This document shows positions 36,464 to 44,640 of a stretch of DNA of 64,000 nucleotides, piece by piece. How positions within the stretch are numbered: position 1 is the stretch's first letter; each line of letters starts with the position of its first letter. Below the pieces are notes generated by a model. The model was not told the origin of the DNA. It made no database searches and saw only the letters and a list, made by a program, of their open reading frames with translations. Made by a program: the position numbers and the translations under genes. Source of the stretch: Bacteroidales bacterium (GTDB lineage: Bacteria > Bacteroidota > Bacteroidia > Bacteroidales > UBA1402); the NCBI GenBank assembly GCA_017446025.1, contig JAFSRR010000104.1:44026-108025 (forward strand), read 5' to 3'.

Positions 36464-37372
36464 TTAAGGTCTTTCTTTGATGGCCTGCAGGCGGTTGCCC
36501 TGCCCCGGCCAGATATCGTTGAGTTGGTCGTAAACGATTTGCTTCTCGCTGTCCGGTGCCTTGGAATAAAGCTGTATCCACTCGTCTATCTTGGTATCGG
36601 AGAGATTGCCCAGCAAGGGGCTGCGTGGATTGTCGTCACGAGCCGGCTTGAGGGTTTCGAACAGCCCGGTGACGGTTTGGCGGGCCTCTTCCATCTGTTC
36701 GGACATGCGGTCCAGGCCCTGGCGGTGATACTGGTAGTTGAACAGCCGCAGGCATTTCTGCCCTTCGTCGTTGATGGCATTCATCCAGCCCCAGCAGTTG
36801 CGGTCGTCATCGCGGGCCCGCCAGCTGTCGCCCAGCATGCCCTGGGCCTGGGAGACAATGTTCTGGGCTTCCTGGAAGAATGGCTCGCCTCCCAGGCTGG
36901 CGAAAGAATCAAAGTCCATGCCCAGGATGATATAGCTCCAGAAGGCCAGCAAAGCCACCAGGTTGTCGTCGATGCTATTGGGATTGTAATCGAGCCGTTT
37001 GCCCTCCTGATAGTCGAATTCGACCACCTGTCGCACGTTGAGCATGGGCGACATGTAGGAGGCGTTGAAGACCGGTCTTCTCGAGGTGATCTGCATTTCG
37101 GCCGTGTGGTGGGCATCTTCCCTCTTTTGGAAGATGAAAACAAAGCTGCAGTCGATCTTTTCGTTGCGTGCAAAAGCCACCTGCGTCCACAGCCGGGTGT
37201 TGAGAAACTCGGTCACGGCCGTGCGGAAACTCTCATAGACGGCCTTGTCCGTGCCGCTGATCTGGTCGGTGTTGATCTGCACGCGGGCATTCAGTTCCTG
37301 TGCCCGGGCAAAGGAAATCGACATCCCAGCGAGGAGGAGTGTCAGCAGCCATATTTTTTTTGAGCAGGTCAT
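36464..37372 (-). CDS. DUF4835-family secreted protein
   Basis: 302 aa. The signal peptide is MTCSKKIWLLTLLLAGMSISFARAQ. The family call comes from its remembered conserved position between coaBC and recN in Bacteroidota and from overall sequence character. Confidence 0.6.
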   Translation of the reverse strand: MTCSKKIWLLTLLLAGMSISFARAQELNARVQINTDQISGTDKAVYESFRTAVTEFLNTRLWTQVAFARNEKIDCSFVFIFQKREDAHHTAEMQITSRRPVFNASYMSPMLNVRQVVEFDYQEGKRLDYNPNSIDDNLVALLAFWSYIILGMDFDSFASLGGEPFFQEAQNIVSQAQGMLGDSWRARDDDRNCWGWMNAINDEGQKCLRLFNYQYHRQGLDRMSEQMEEARQTVTGLFETLKPARDDNPRSPLLGNLSDTKIDEWIQLYSKAPDSEKQIVYDQLNDIWPGQGNRLQAIKERP

Positions 37373-37382
37373 GGTTCCTTGT

Positions 37383-38579
37383 TCAGCGCAGGTATGTTGT
37401 CAGGCAGTCGACGATATCCTCGGCTACGGCCGCTTTGCTCTTGAGCGGATAGGCCTGGGCTCCCTGACGGGAGATGACAGTCACTTTGTTGGTATCGGTA
37501 CGGAAGCCGGCGCCGGGATCCTGCAGGGAATTCAGGACAATGAAATCCAAGTGCTTTTTCTCCAGCTTGGCCTGGGCGTTGGCTGCTTCGTTGTCGGTTT
37601 CCAGGGCGAATCCGACCAACACCTGGCCGGGACGCTTGGCCTCCCCCAGGGAGGCGGCGATATCGGTCGTGGGCTCCAGCGTCAGGGTCATGCCACCCTT
37701 CTCCCGTTTGATCTTGCTGTCGGCGCAGGCGGCCGGACGGAAATCCGCCACGGCGGCACACAGGATGGCGGCCTGGCAGTCGGGAAAAATCTTTTCACAG
37801 GCTTCGTGCATCTGGGCGGCCGATTCCACGTCGGTGCGGTGGATGTCTCCCTGCGGTGTGGAAAGGGATACCGGGCCGCTGACCAATTCCACCCGGGCCC
37901 CGCGTGCGGCGCAGGAACGGGCCAGCGCAAAGGCCATCTTGCCCGAGGAATAATTGCCGATGAAGCGTACCGGGTCTATTTTCTCGTAGGTCGGGCCAGC
38001 CGTGATCAGTATGGTCTTACCGTTCAGACTGGCCGCTTGTTGAAAAAAACGTTCCAGGGTGGCCACAATGGCATCGGGCTCCTGCATCCGTCCCTTGCCT
38101 TCCAGGCCGCTGGCCAGCTCACCGCTGGCGGGCTCGATGATGTGGTTGCCGTAGGAAGTCAGCAGCTGCAGGTTGTGCTGTGTGGAAGGATGACGGTACA
38201 TATCCAGGTCCATGGCCGGAGCGACAAAGACCGGACATTTCATCGACAGATAGGTGGTGATGAGCATGTTGTCGGCTATTCCGTTGGCCATCTTGCCGAT
38301 GGTGGAAGCCGTCGCGGGCGCCACCAGCATGGCATCGGCCCAGAGTCCGAGATCGACATGGCTGTGCCAAACCCCGTCGTTGGCCGAGAAAAACTCACTG
38401 ACCACGGGCCGTCCGCTCAAGGGAGAGAGCGTGACGGGAGTGATGAACTCCTTGGCGGCAGGGGTCATGACCACCTGCACTTCAGCGCCTTTCTTGCGAA
38501 GGGCCCTGACCAGATAGGCAGCCTTGTAGGCAGCGATGCTGCCGGTGATGCCCAGAATGATTTTCTTTCCTTCCAGCAT
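37383..38579 (-). CDS. coaBC: Bifunctional phosphopantothenoylcysteine decarboxylase / phosphopantothenate-cysteine ligase
   Basis: 398 aa. The flavoprotein N-terminal domain reads KKIILGITGSIAAYKAAYLVRALRK and PAMDLDMY. The DFP ligase C-terminal domain reads ITAGPTYEKIDPVRFIGNYSSGKMAFALA. Confidence 0.95.
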   Translation of the reverse strand: MLEGKKIILGITGSIAAYKAAYLVRALRKKGAEVQVVMTPAAKEFITPVTLSPLSGRPVVSEFFSANDGVWHSHVDLGLWADAMLVAPATASTIGKMANGIADNMLITTYLSMKCPVFVAPAMDLDMYRHPSTQHNLQLLTSYGNHIIEPASGELASGLEGKGRMQEPDAIVATLERFFQQAASLNGKTILITAGPTYEKIDPVRFIGNYSSGKMAFALARSCAARGARVELVSGPVSLSTPQGDIHRTDVESAAQMHEACEKIFPDCQAAILCAAVADFRPAACADSKIKREKGGMTLTLEPTTDIAASLGEAKRPGQVLVGFALETDNEAANAQAKLEKKHLDFIVLNSLQDPGAGFRTDTNKVTVISRQGAQAYPLKSKAAVAEDIVDCLTTYLR

Positions 38580-38582
38580 GGC

Positions 38583-39359
38583 TTAAAACAGTGTCTGCTG
38601 CTGACGCAGCCGGATATTGGTCAATACTTTCTTGGTGTTCAGCGGAAAATCGCCGTTCATCATCCAACCGTAATAGCCGGTGTCTTTTTTCAGCACCTCC
38701 TCGACGGGCATGTCCTTGTATTTGCCGAAATTGAAGACTTCCACGCCGTTGGCGTTGTACACAATTTTGCCGGCAAAATCAACATTGCGGGTCTGATGGG
38801 AGAACTCAGAGAGCTTGGCGATGTCGTTTTCCAGATCGTTCGGATAGCGGTCCAACTGAGCCTTGAGCACTTCGTAGGTGGCCTTGGTGTCGGCTTCTGC
38901 GCCATGGGCGCCGACCAGGTCCTTGTTGCAATAGAACTTGTAGGCGGCCGTCAGGGTGCGCTGTTCCATGCGGTGGAAAATCACCTGCACGTCGATCATC
39001 TTGCGCGTGCTCAGATCGATGTCTATGTCGTTGCGCAGAAATTCCTCGGCCAACAGCGGGATGTCGAAGCGGTTGGAATTGAAGCCGGCCAGGTCGCAGC
39101 CCTTGATGTCGTTGGCGATGACCTTCCCGATTTCACGGAAGGTGGGACAATCCTTTACATCCTCATCGGTGATGTGATGCACGTCCGAAGCCTCCTTGGG
39201 GATGGGCATGCCGGGATTGACCCTATAGGTGTGGCTTTCCTCGTGACCGTCGGGATAGACCTTGAGATAGGATATCTCCACGATGCGGTCGGTGACGATA
39301 TTGATGCCGGTTGTCTCCAGGTCGAAGAATACCAGCGGGTTTTTCAGATTTAGCTCCAT
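38583..39359 (-). CDS. DEDDh 3'-5' exonuclease (DnaQ / Pol III epsilon-like)
   Basis: 258 aa. The exonuclease motifs are FFDLETTG (Exo I), GFNSNRFDIPLL (Exo II) and HGAEADTKATYEV (Exo III). Confidence 0.85.
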   Translation of the reverse strand: MELNLKNPLVFFDLETTGINIVTDRIVEISYLKVYPDGHEESHTYRVNPGMPIPKEASDVHHITDEDVKDCPTFREIGKVIANDIKGCDLAGFNSNRFDIPLLAEEFLRNDIDIDLSTRKMIDVQVIFHRMEQRTLTAAYKFYCNKDLVGAHGAEADTKATYEVLKAQLDRYPNDLENDIAKLSEFSHQTRNVDFAGKIVYNANGVEVFNFGKYKDMPVEEVLKKDTGYYGWMMNGDFPLNTKKVLTNIRLRQQQTLF

Positions 39360-39368
39360 AGGACAAGC

Positions 39369-40508
39369 TTAGGCTTTGATCATCATCGGCATGAGCAGCA
39401 TGAGCAGGTCCTCATTCTCCTCGTTTTCGGCAGGCATGATCAGGCCGGCATGGGCGGGATCGGCCAGTTTGATGACCACATCCTGGGTGGTGATGTTCGA
39501 CAGGATGTCGATCAGGAACTGGGCCTTGAAACCGATCACCAGCTCGGCGTCGCCATACTGGCAGCTGACAGCTTCCTGGGCCGAGGTGGAGAAATCGGAG
39601 TTCTGGGCCGAAATCTTCAACTGGTTGTCCTTGATGTCCATACGGATCAGGCCGTTGGACTGGTCTGAACAGATGGACACACGCTTCAGGGCGTTGAGCA
39701 TCGACTGACGGTCAATCCAGATGGTATATGGGTTGTTCTGCGGAATGACGGCCTTGTAGTTTGGGAAACGGCCCTCTATGAGCAAGGAGGAAATGGTGTA
39801 GTCGCCCAGGCGGATGACCACGCGGTTTTCGTCGAACACAATGTTCACTTCCCCATCCTCACGCGCCAGGATGCTCTTCAGGACGTTGAGCGGTTTCTTG
39901 CGCAGGATGAGCATGGAATGTGCGTCTGCATCCATGTTGTCACCGTGGAAGGCGGTGTTGGTGAGGCGTACCAGTTTATGGGCGTCGGAAGCTACAAAAG
40001 TCAGGTCCTGACCGGTGATGTCCAGGACGACACCGTTCATGACCGGACGAAGCTCGTCATCGGCCGATGCGAAGATCGTCGAGGATATGCCTTTGAGCAG
40101 GGCTGCCGGGGAGATGGTCAGATTGCCCGTCGTACGCTCCATGGGCTTCATGGTGGGATATTCGTCGCCAGCCAGGGCGACAAAGTTGAACGAACCGTTC
40201 TGGTAGTCGATGCGCACGGCCATGTTCTGTTCGTTGACTTCGATGGTGACGGGCTGCTCGGAAATCTCCTTGAAGGCGTCGAGCATGTTCTTGGCAGAGA
40301 TGGCGAAGACTCCTGATTTGTCGGCTTCGATCAGATCCATCACGGTCACCATGGTGGTTTCTGCATCGGAAGCGGTAACGGTCAGACGGTTGTCCTGGAT
40401 GTCAAACAGGAAATTGTCCAGCACGGGCAAGGCGTTTTTGGGGTTCATCACTTTGCTGATGGCTTGCAGACGGCTGGAAAGAGCGGAACTGGAGGCAATG
40501 AATTTCAT
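39369..40508 (-). CDS. dnaN: DNA polymerase III beta sliding clamp
   Basis: 379 aa from ATG 40508. The N-terminus is MKFIASSSALSSRLQAISKVMNPKNALPVLDNFLF, and the three-domain clamp pattern is present. The track's 34-codon upstream extension was rejected. Confidence 0.95.
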   Translation of the reverse strand: MKFIASSSALSSRLQAISKVMNPKNALPVLDNFLFDIQDNRLTVTASDAETTMVTVMDLIEADKSGVFAISAKNMLDAFKEISEQPVTIEVNEQNMAVRIDYQNGSFNFVALAGDEYPTMKPMERTTGNLTISPAALLKGISSTIFASADDELRPVMNGVVLDITGQDLTFVASDAHKLVRLTNTAFHGDNMDADAHSMLILRKKPLNVLKSILAREDGEVNIVFDENRVVIRLGDYTISSLLIEGRFPNYKAVIPQNNPYTIWIDRQSMLNALKRVSICSDQSNGLIRMDIKDNQLKISAQNSDFSTSAQEAVSCQYGDAELVIGFKAQFLIDILSNITTQDVVIKLADPAHAGLIMPAENEENEDLLMLLMPMMIKA

Positions 40509-40557
40509 AGGGTTCTGTATTTTTATTGTTATTATTGTTCTTATCTGCTCAGAGAAA

Positions 40558-40565
40558 CAAAGGTA
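40558..40565 (-). promoter_or_regulatory. Candidate -7 box for dnaN
   Basis: The minus strand reads TACCTTTG, 50 nt upstream of ATG 40508. No properly spaced -33 TTTG is present. Confidence 0.3.
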
Positions 40566-40634
40566 CAAATTTTTATGGCAATCTGCTGTCGCATGCCATG
40601 TTTTTTGCATGAAAAAATTTGTCCGGAGGCCACA

Positions 40635-41690
40635 CTACGCTTCCTGCCCAAGGATGATGACCTCAGGCCGCAGGGTGACGGAAAATTTTTGGCTGACATC
40701 GTCGATGATCTGCCGGGCCAGCGAAAGGATGTCCTCCCCGGCCGCCTGTCCGTAATTGACCAGCACCAGCGGCTGCGAGGGCCATACGCCGGCATCGTCC
40801 AGACGGCGTCCTTTCCAGCCGCAGGAGTCGATGAGCCAGGCTGCCGACAGTTTGTAGCGGTCGTCGGACAGCTGCCAGGCCGGCATATCGGGATAATCGC
40901 TTTTCAGTTTCAGGTATTGCGGCTTCCCCACTTCGGGATTCATGAAGAAACTGCCGGCATTGCCCACCTTGGCCGGATCGGGCAGTTTTTCGTCACGGAT
41001 GGCCAGGATGGTCCGGCGGATGAGTTGCAGGTTGTCCTTGACGCTTTGCGTGTCGTCACCGGCCTTCAGGCCGCCCTGCGTTGCCAGACGGGCGGACACG
41101 GCTCCGTAATTCACCTGGAACACAGGTTTTTTGCTTAGACGATAATGGACATGGGTGACGATATACCGGTCTTTCCAATCCGTCTTGAAACGGCTGCGAC
41201 GGTAACCGAAGTCACAATCCGCAGCTGCTATGGTCTGCTGCGACAAGTCTGTCCGGTCAAGCACTTCGACGGCCTCGATGATGTCCTTGGCTTCCACGCC
41301 GTAGGCACCGATGTTCTGGACGGGGGTCGCCCCCACCTCGCCGGGGATGCCCGAAAGGTTCTGCATGCCACCCCAGCCCTGGGCCACGCACCAGGCCACC
41401 AGTTCGTCCCAATTATGTCCGGCGCCGACTTTTATGAGCACGGCATCGTCGTTTTCTTCCAAAACAGTCCTTTCCCTCAGGCAGGAATGCAGCAGGATGC
41501 CTGGATAGTCGTTGACAAACAGCAAATTGTTGCCACCGCCGACAGGCAGGATCGGCAGCCCGAAATCAGCGGCATCGTTCAGCACGCTGCGCAATTCCTC
41601 CACACTGTCGTAGTCCACCCAGTAGCGGGCCTGGACATCGATATGGAAGCTGTGCCGGTCTTTGACAGGGTAAAATGGCTGTATCTTCAT
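40635..41690 (-). CDS. murB: UDP-N-acetylenolpyruvoylglucosamine reductase
   Basis: 351 aa. The FAD-binding domain reads PILPVGGGNNLLF, followed by GIPGEVGATPVQNIGAYGVE and a GNAGSFF motif. Confidence 0.9.
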   Translation of the reverse strand: MKIQPFYPVKDRHSFHIDVQARYWVDYDSVEELRSVLNDAADFGLPILPVGGGNNLLFVNDYPGILLHSCLRERTVLEENDDAVLIKVGAGHNWDELVAWCVAQGWGGMQNLSGIPGEVGATPVQNIGAYGVEAKDIIEAVEVLDRTDLSQQTIAAADCDFGYRRSRFKTDWKDRYIVTHVHYRLSKKPVFQVNYGAVSARLATQGGLKAGDDTQSVKDNLQLIRRTILAIRDEKLPDPAKVGNAGSFFMNPEVGKPQYLKLKSDYPDMPAWQLSDDRYKLSAAWLIDSCGWKGRRLDDAGVWPSQPLVLVNYGQAAGEDILSLARQIIDDVSQKFSVTLRPEVIILGQEA

Positions 41691-41758
41691 TGTCTGGTCA
41701 ATCTGAGGGCGAAGATACGAAAAAAAACACTATCTTCGCTCCCAAAACAAAAGCACCA

Positions 41759-43609
41759 ATGCTATCCGTCTGCATTCCTGTCTACAACCAGCCCGTAGCG
41801 CCGCTGCTCAAGGCCCTGCTTGCCCAGTTTTCAACGCTTGGGCAGTCCTTCGAGATTTTGCTCGCCGACGACTGCTCCACTCCGGAAATCCAGCGGATGA
41901 ATGCGGCCGACTGCCCCGACGATTCCCATATCCACTGGCTGCAGCCGGGGGGCAAGATGGGCCGGGCGGCCCTGCGTAACTTCCTGGGAGATGCCGCCCA
42001 ATACGAATGGATTCTCTTTATGGATTGCGACGTGCTGATTGATAACCAGGAATATATAAATAATTACTTAAAGCATTTTCCTCAGGCTGATGTCCTGGTC
42101 GGAGGCTGTGCCTATCAAGCTACCCCGCCGGCGGCAGACCGGCTGTTGCGCTGGTCGTATGGGCGGCAGCGGGAAATGCGGCCGGCCGAGCTACGCAATC
42201 AACACCCTTACGCATCGTTTTCGTCCTTTAATTTCTGCATCAAAAAAGAAGTCTTCCGCCGATGCCGTTTTGACGTCGATTTTCACGATTACGGCCACGA
42301 AGACACCTTGTTTGGGCTGCAATTGCAGGCGTTCGCAATATCGGTGTTGCATATAGACAATCCACTGATACATACTGGCTTGACGGAAAATGCCGCCTAC
42401 TTGTCCCAGAGTTTGGAGGCAGTCAGGAAGTTTCTCTGCCAGCCTGTTTTCCGCCAGGCGGAAACCATCGCCGCCATCAAGATACTTCGCTGGTACCAGT
42501 ACTGTTGCCGATGGGGGCTCAAACCCCTGTTGAGGGGGCTTTGGAACGGCTTCCACCCGTCCATGGCCTGGCAGCTCTGCGGACCGGCTCCCAAGATGCG
42601 GCTGTTCGACCTCTATCGCCTCTCCTACCTTTGTTCTCTCGATCCTCAGGTAGTTGGTCAGGAATATGGCGGCAAAGAAGTCCCGCTCATATCGGTCATT
42701 GTCCCCTACTACAATCGTGAGGCCTGCTTGCCTGCCTGTCTGGAAAGCATCCGCATACAGCGTCTGAGGCCTTTGGAGCTCATTCTGGTCGACAACTGTT
42801 CCCAGGACGGCAGTGCCGCCGTCTGCCGGCAGTTCCAGCAAGCCAACCAGTCGGATGATTTCCGCATCGTACTACTCGAAGAGCCCCGCCAGGGTGCCTG
42901 CAAGGCCCGTAATGCCGGTTTGAAGGCCGCCAGTGGACAATATGTGCTCTGCTTTGATTCGGACGATGTGATGCGCCGCGACTATCTGAAGCGGCTGCGC
43001 CGCATACTTGGCCACATGGGAGCCCCCCAGCTGCTTGCCTGCCGTTTCCGTACCGACCGTGGGCAGTTGCTGCCCAAGCACATGCGTTTTGACGCCGCCC
43101 AACAGCTGATCGATCCGGTGGTGATGACCCACAACGTCTGCCTGCGTCGCTCCCTGCTCGATACCGCAGGCTGTTGGAACGAGCGCCTGGATCGCTGGCA
43201 AGACCTGGAATTCGGCTTCAGGCTCCTGTTGCACGCCAGCAGCAAACGCTGGATCAACGAAGCCTTATACACGGTAAACACTTCGGCCGATGCCATCTCA
43301 GCCCGCAGTTGGAGCGATGATGCCGACAAGTTGCTGGCCAGTCTGGAGGCCATCCGCCAGGACATCGCCGCACAGCCGGAGGCAGAGCGCCCCAGACTGA
43401 CGGCCGCCTGGTGCTTCAAACTGGTTTCCCTGGCCGCCTCCCTTTATCGCGAAGATGCCTGCCACCGGGCCGACGATCTCTACTGTCAGGCCCTTTCCTC
43501 GCTCCCCGACAGCCATAAAAAGTACCGCCTCTTGTTGGCGGCCCATTACGGCTACACCAAAAGAGGCGGCAGGGGTTTCTGGCGGCTTGCGGCCGCAGCC
43601 TTTCACTGA
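41759..43609 (+). CDS. Tandem double family-2 glycosyltransferase (two GT2 domains in one polypeptide)
   Basis: 616 aa from ATG 41759. Domain 1 reads MLSVCIPVYNQPVAPLL and ILLADDCS, with DCDV. Domain 2 reads LISVIVPYYNREACLPACLESI and LILVDNCSQDGS, with FDSDD. The track start at 41675 would overlap murB and was rejected. Confidence 0.8.
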   Translation: MLSVCIPVYNQPVAPLLKALLAQFSTLGQSFEILLADDCSTPEIQRMNAADCPDDSHIHWLQPGGKMGRAALRNFLGDAAQYEWILFMDCDVLIDNQEYINNYLKHFPQADVLVGGCAYQATPPAADRLLRWSYGRQREMRPAELRNQHPYASFSSFNFCIKKEVFRRCRFDVDFHDYGHEDTLFGLQLQAFAISVLHIDNPLIHTGLTENAAYLSQSLEAVRKFLCQPVFRQAETIAAIKILRWYQYCCRWGLKPLLRGLWNGFHPSMAWQLCGPAPKMRLFDLYRLSYLCSLDPQVVGQEYGGKEVPLISVIVPYYNREACLPACLESIRIQRLRPLELILVDNCSQDGSAAVCRQFQQANQSDDFRIVLLEEPRQGACKARNAGLKAASGQYVLCFDSDDVMRRDYLKRLRRILGHMGAPQLLACRFRTDRGQLLPKHMRFDAAQQLIDPVVMTHNVCLRRSLLDTAGCWNERLDRWQDLEFGFRLLLHASSKRWINEALYTVNTSADAISARSWSDDADKLLASLEAIRQDIAAQPEAERPRLTAAWCFKLVSLAASLYREDACHRADDLYCQALSSLPDSHKKYRLLLAAHYGYTKRGGRGFWRLAAAAFH

Positions 43610-44635
43610 TCAGTCTTTCTCAACGTATTTTACAGCCAGGGGATCCCAATCGCCGAAGACATTCTTCAACGTGTATTCCTTGGCCTGCTTGTCGGTGAGC
43701 TGATGGCTCCAGGCAACACGTCCCTTGGTGTCGGCACCGGGACCGTAGTTCTTGTATTCGCTGTAACGGGCCGTCCGCTCCTTGTCTCTGTTTCCCCAGT
43801 TGTTCCAGCCGGCCGGCACGATGAAATCACCCAGCTCGCAGTACATGAACAAGGTCATGCCGTAGGCGCGCCAGGGCCTGCCCAGGTGCATCTTGGTCAC
43901 GTCCTCGTTGGCCGTTACCTTGCAGTGGCTCAGGATGTAGCCGTATTTGATATTTTCGGGCGTCGAGGCGGCCGTGATGAAGGAATTGCGTTTGCAATGC
44001 AGGTGGCAGGCTTCAAACCAGGCGGTCGAGGGACCGAAGATGTAGTCGGTGGTGCCTTCGATGTAGCAGTTGTCGAAATAGATACGGGCGGCTTCACGAC
44101 CGGTGTAGATGGTGTCCTGGTTGCCGATGATGCGGCAGTTGAAGAAGCAGACACGGTCGCCTTCCACATGCAGGGCCACGGCCTGTCCCAGCTGGGGAGC
44201 GGCATTCTCGATGGTCAGGTTCTGGTAGGTGATGTCATTGCCCTGCACCAGCACCGTATAGGTGCGGAAGGTGCCCATCTTGTTGATGTTGGCGTGGTCA
44301 TCCCACATGATGACGGTATTCTCCAGGTCTTCGCCGATGAACACCACATTGGTGATCCAGGTGGGAATGATCAGCTTCTCCTTGTAGATGCCTTTCTTGA
44401 TAAACACGGTGGTCCGCTCTCCGGGACGGAAGGCCTGGATGCTCTCGACGGCATCCTGGATGTTGCGGAAATCGCCCGTGCCGTCGCGTGCAACGACAAT
44501 GGTGTACTTCTTTTCTTGTACCGGAGCCTGACCCTGGTTCTGAGGCGGGAAAGGTCTGGCATTCTGCCCTTGGTTTTGGGCACATACGGCGGTCATCATC
44601 ATCAGAGCGCCGATGAGGATCATGACTTTTTTCAT
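43610..44635 (-). CDS. Pectinesterase (carbohydrate esterase family 8), secreted
   Basis: 341 aa from ATG 44635. The signal peptide is MKKVMILIGALMMMTAVCAQ. The CE8 motifs are GNQDTIY, GTTDYIFG and LGRPWRAYG. Confidence 0.9.
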   Translation of the reverse strand: MKKVMILIGALMMMTAVCAQNQGQNARPFPPQNQGQAPVQEKKYTIVVARDGTGDFRNIQDAVESIQAFRPGERTTVFIKKGIYKEKLIIPTWITNVVFIGEDLENTVIMWDDHANINKMGTFRTYTVLVQGNDITYQNLTIENAAPQLGQAVALHVEGDRVCFFNCRIIGNQDTIYTGREAARIYFDNCYIEGTTDYIFGPSTAWFEACHLHCKRNSFITAASTPENIKYGYILSHCKVTANEDVTKMHLGRPWRAYGMTLFMYCELGDFIVPAGWNNWGNRDKERTARYSEYKNYGPGADTKGRVAWSHQLTDKQAKEYTLKNVFGDWDPLAVKYVEKD

Positions 44636-44640
44636 AACGA

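Noticed and set aside
37245-39353. 702-aa plus-strand ORF spanning coaBC and the exonuclease gene
   Set aside because: It crosses two well-supported minus-strand genes and their junction, and it has antisense-type composition.
40509-40634. Replication origin (oriC) next to dnaN
   Set aside because: No dnaA gene is adjacent, and the 126-bp gap has no cluster of TTATCCACA-like boxes, only one weak partial match (ttatctgct). It more likely holds just the dnaN promoter.
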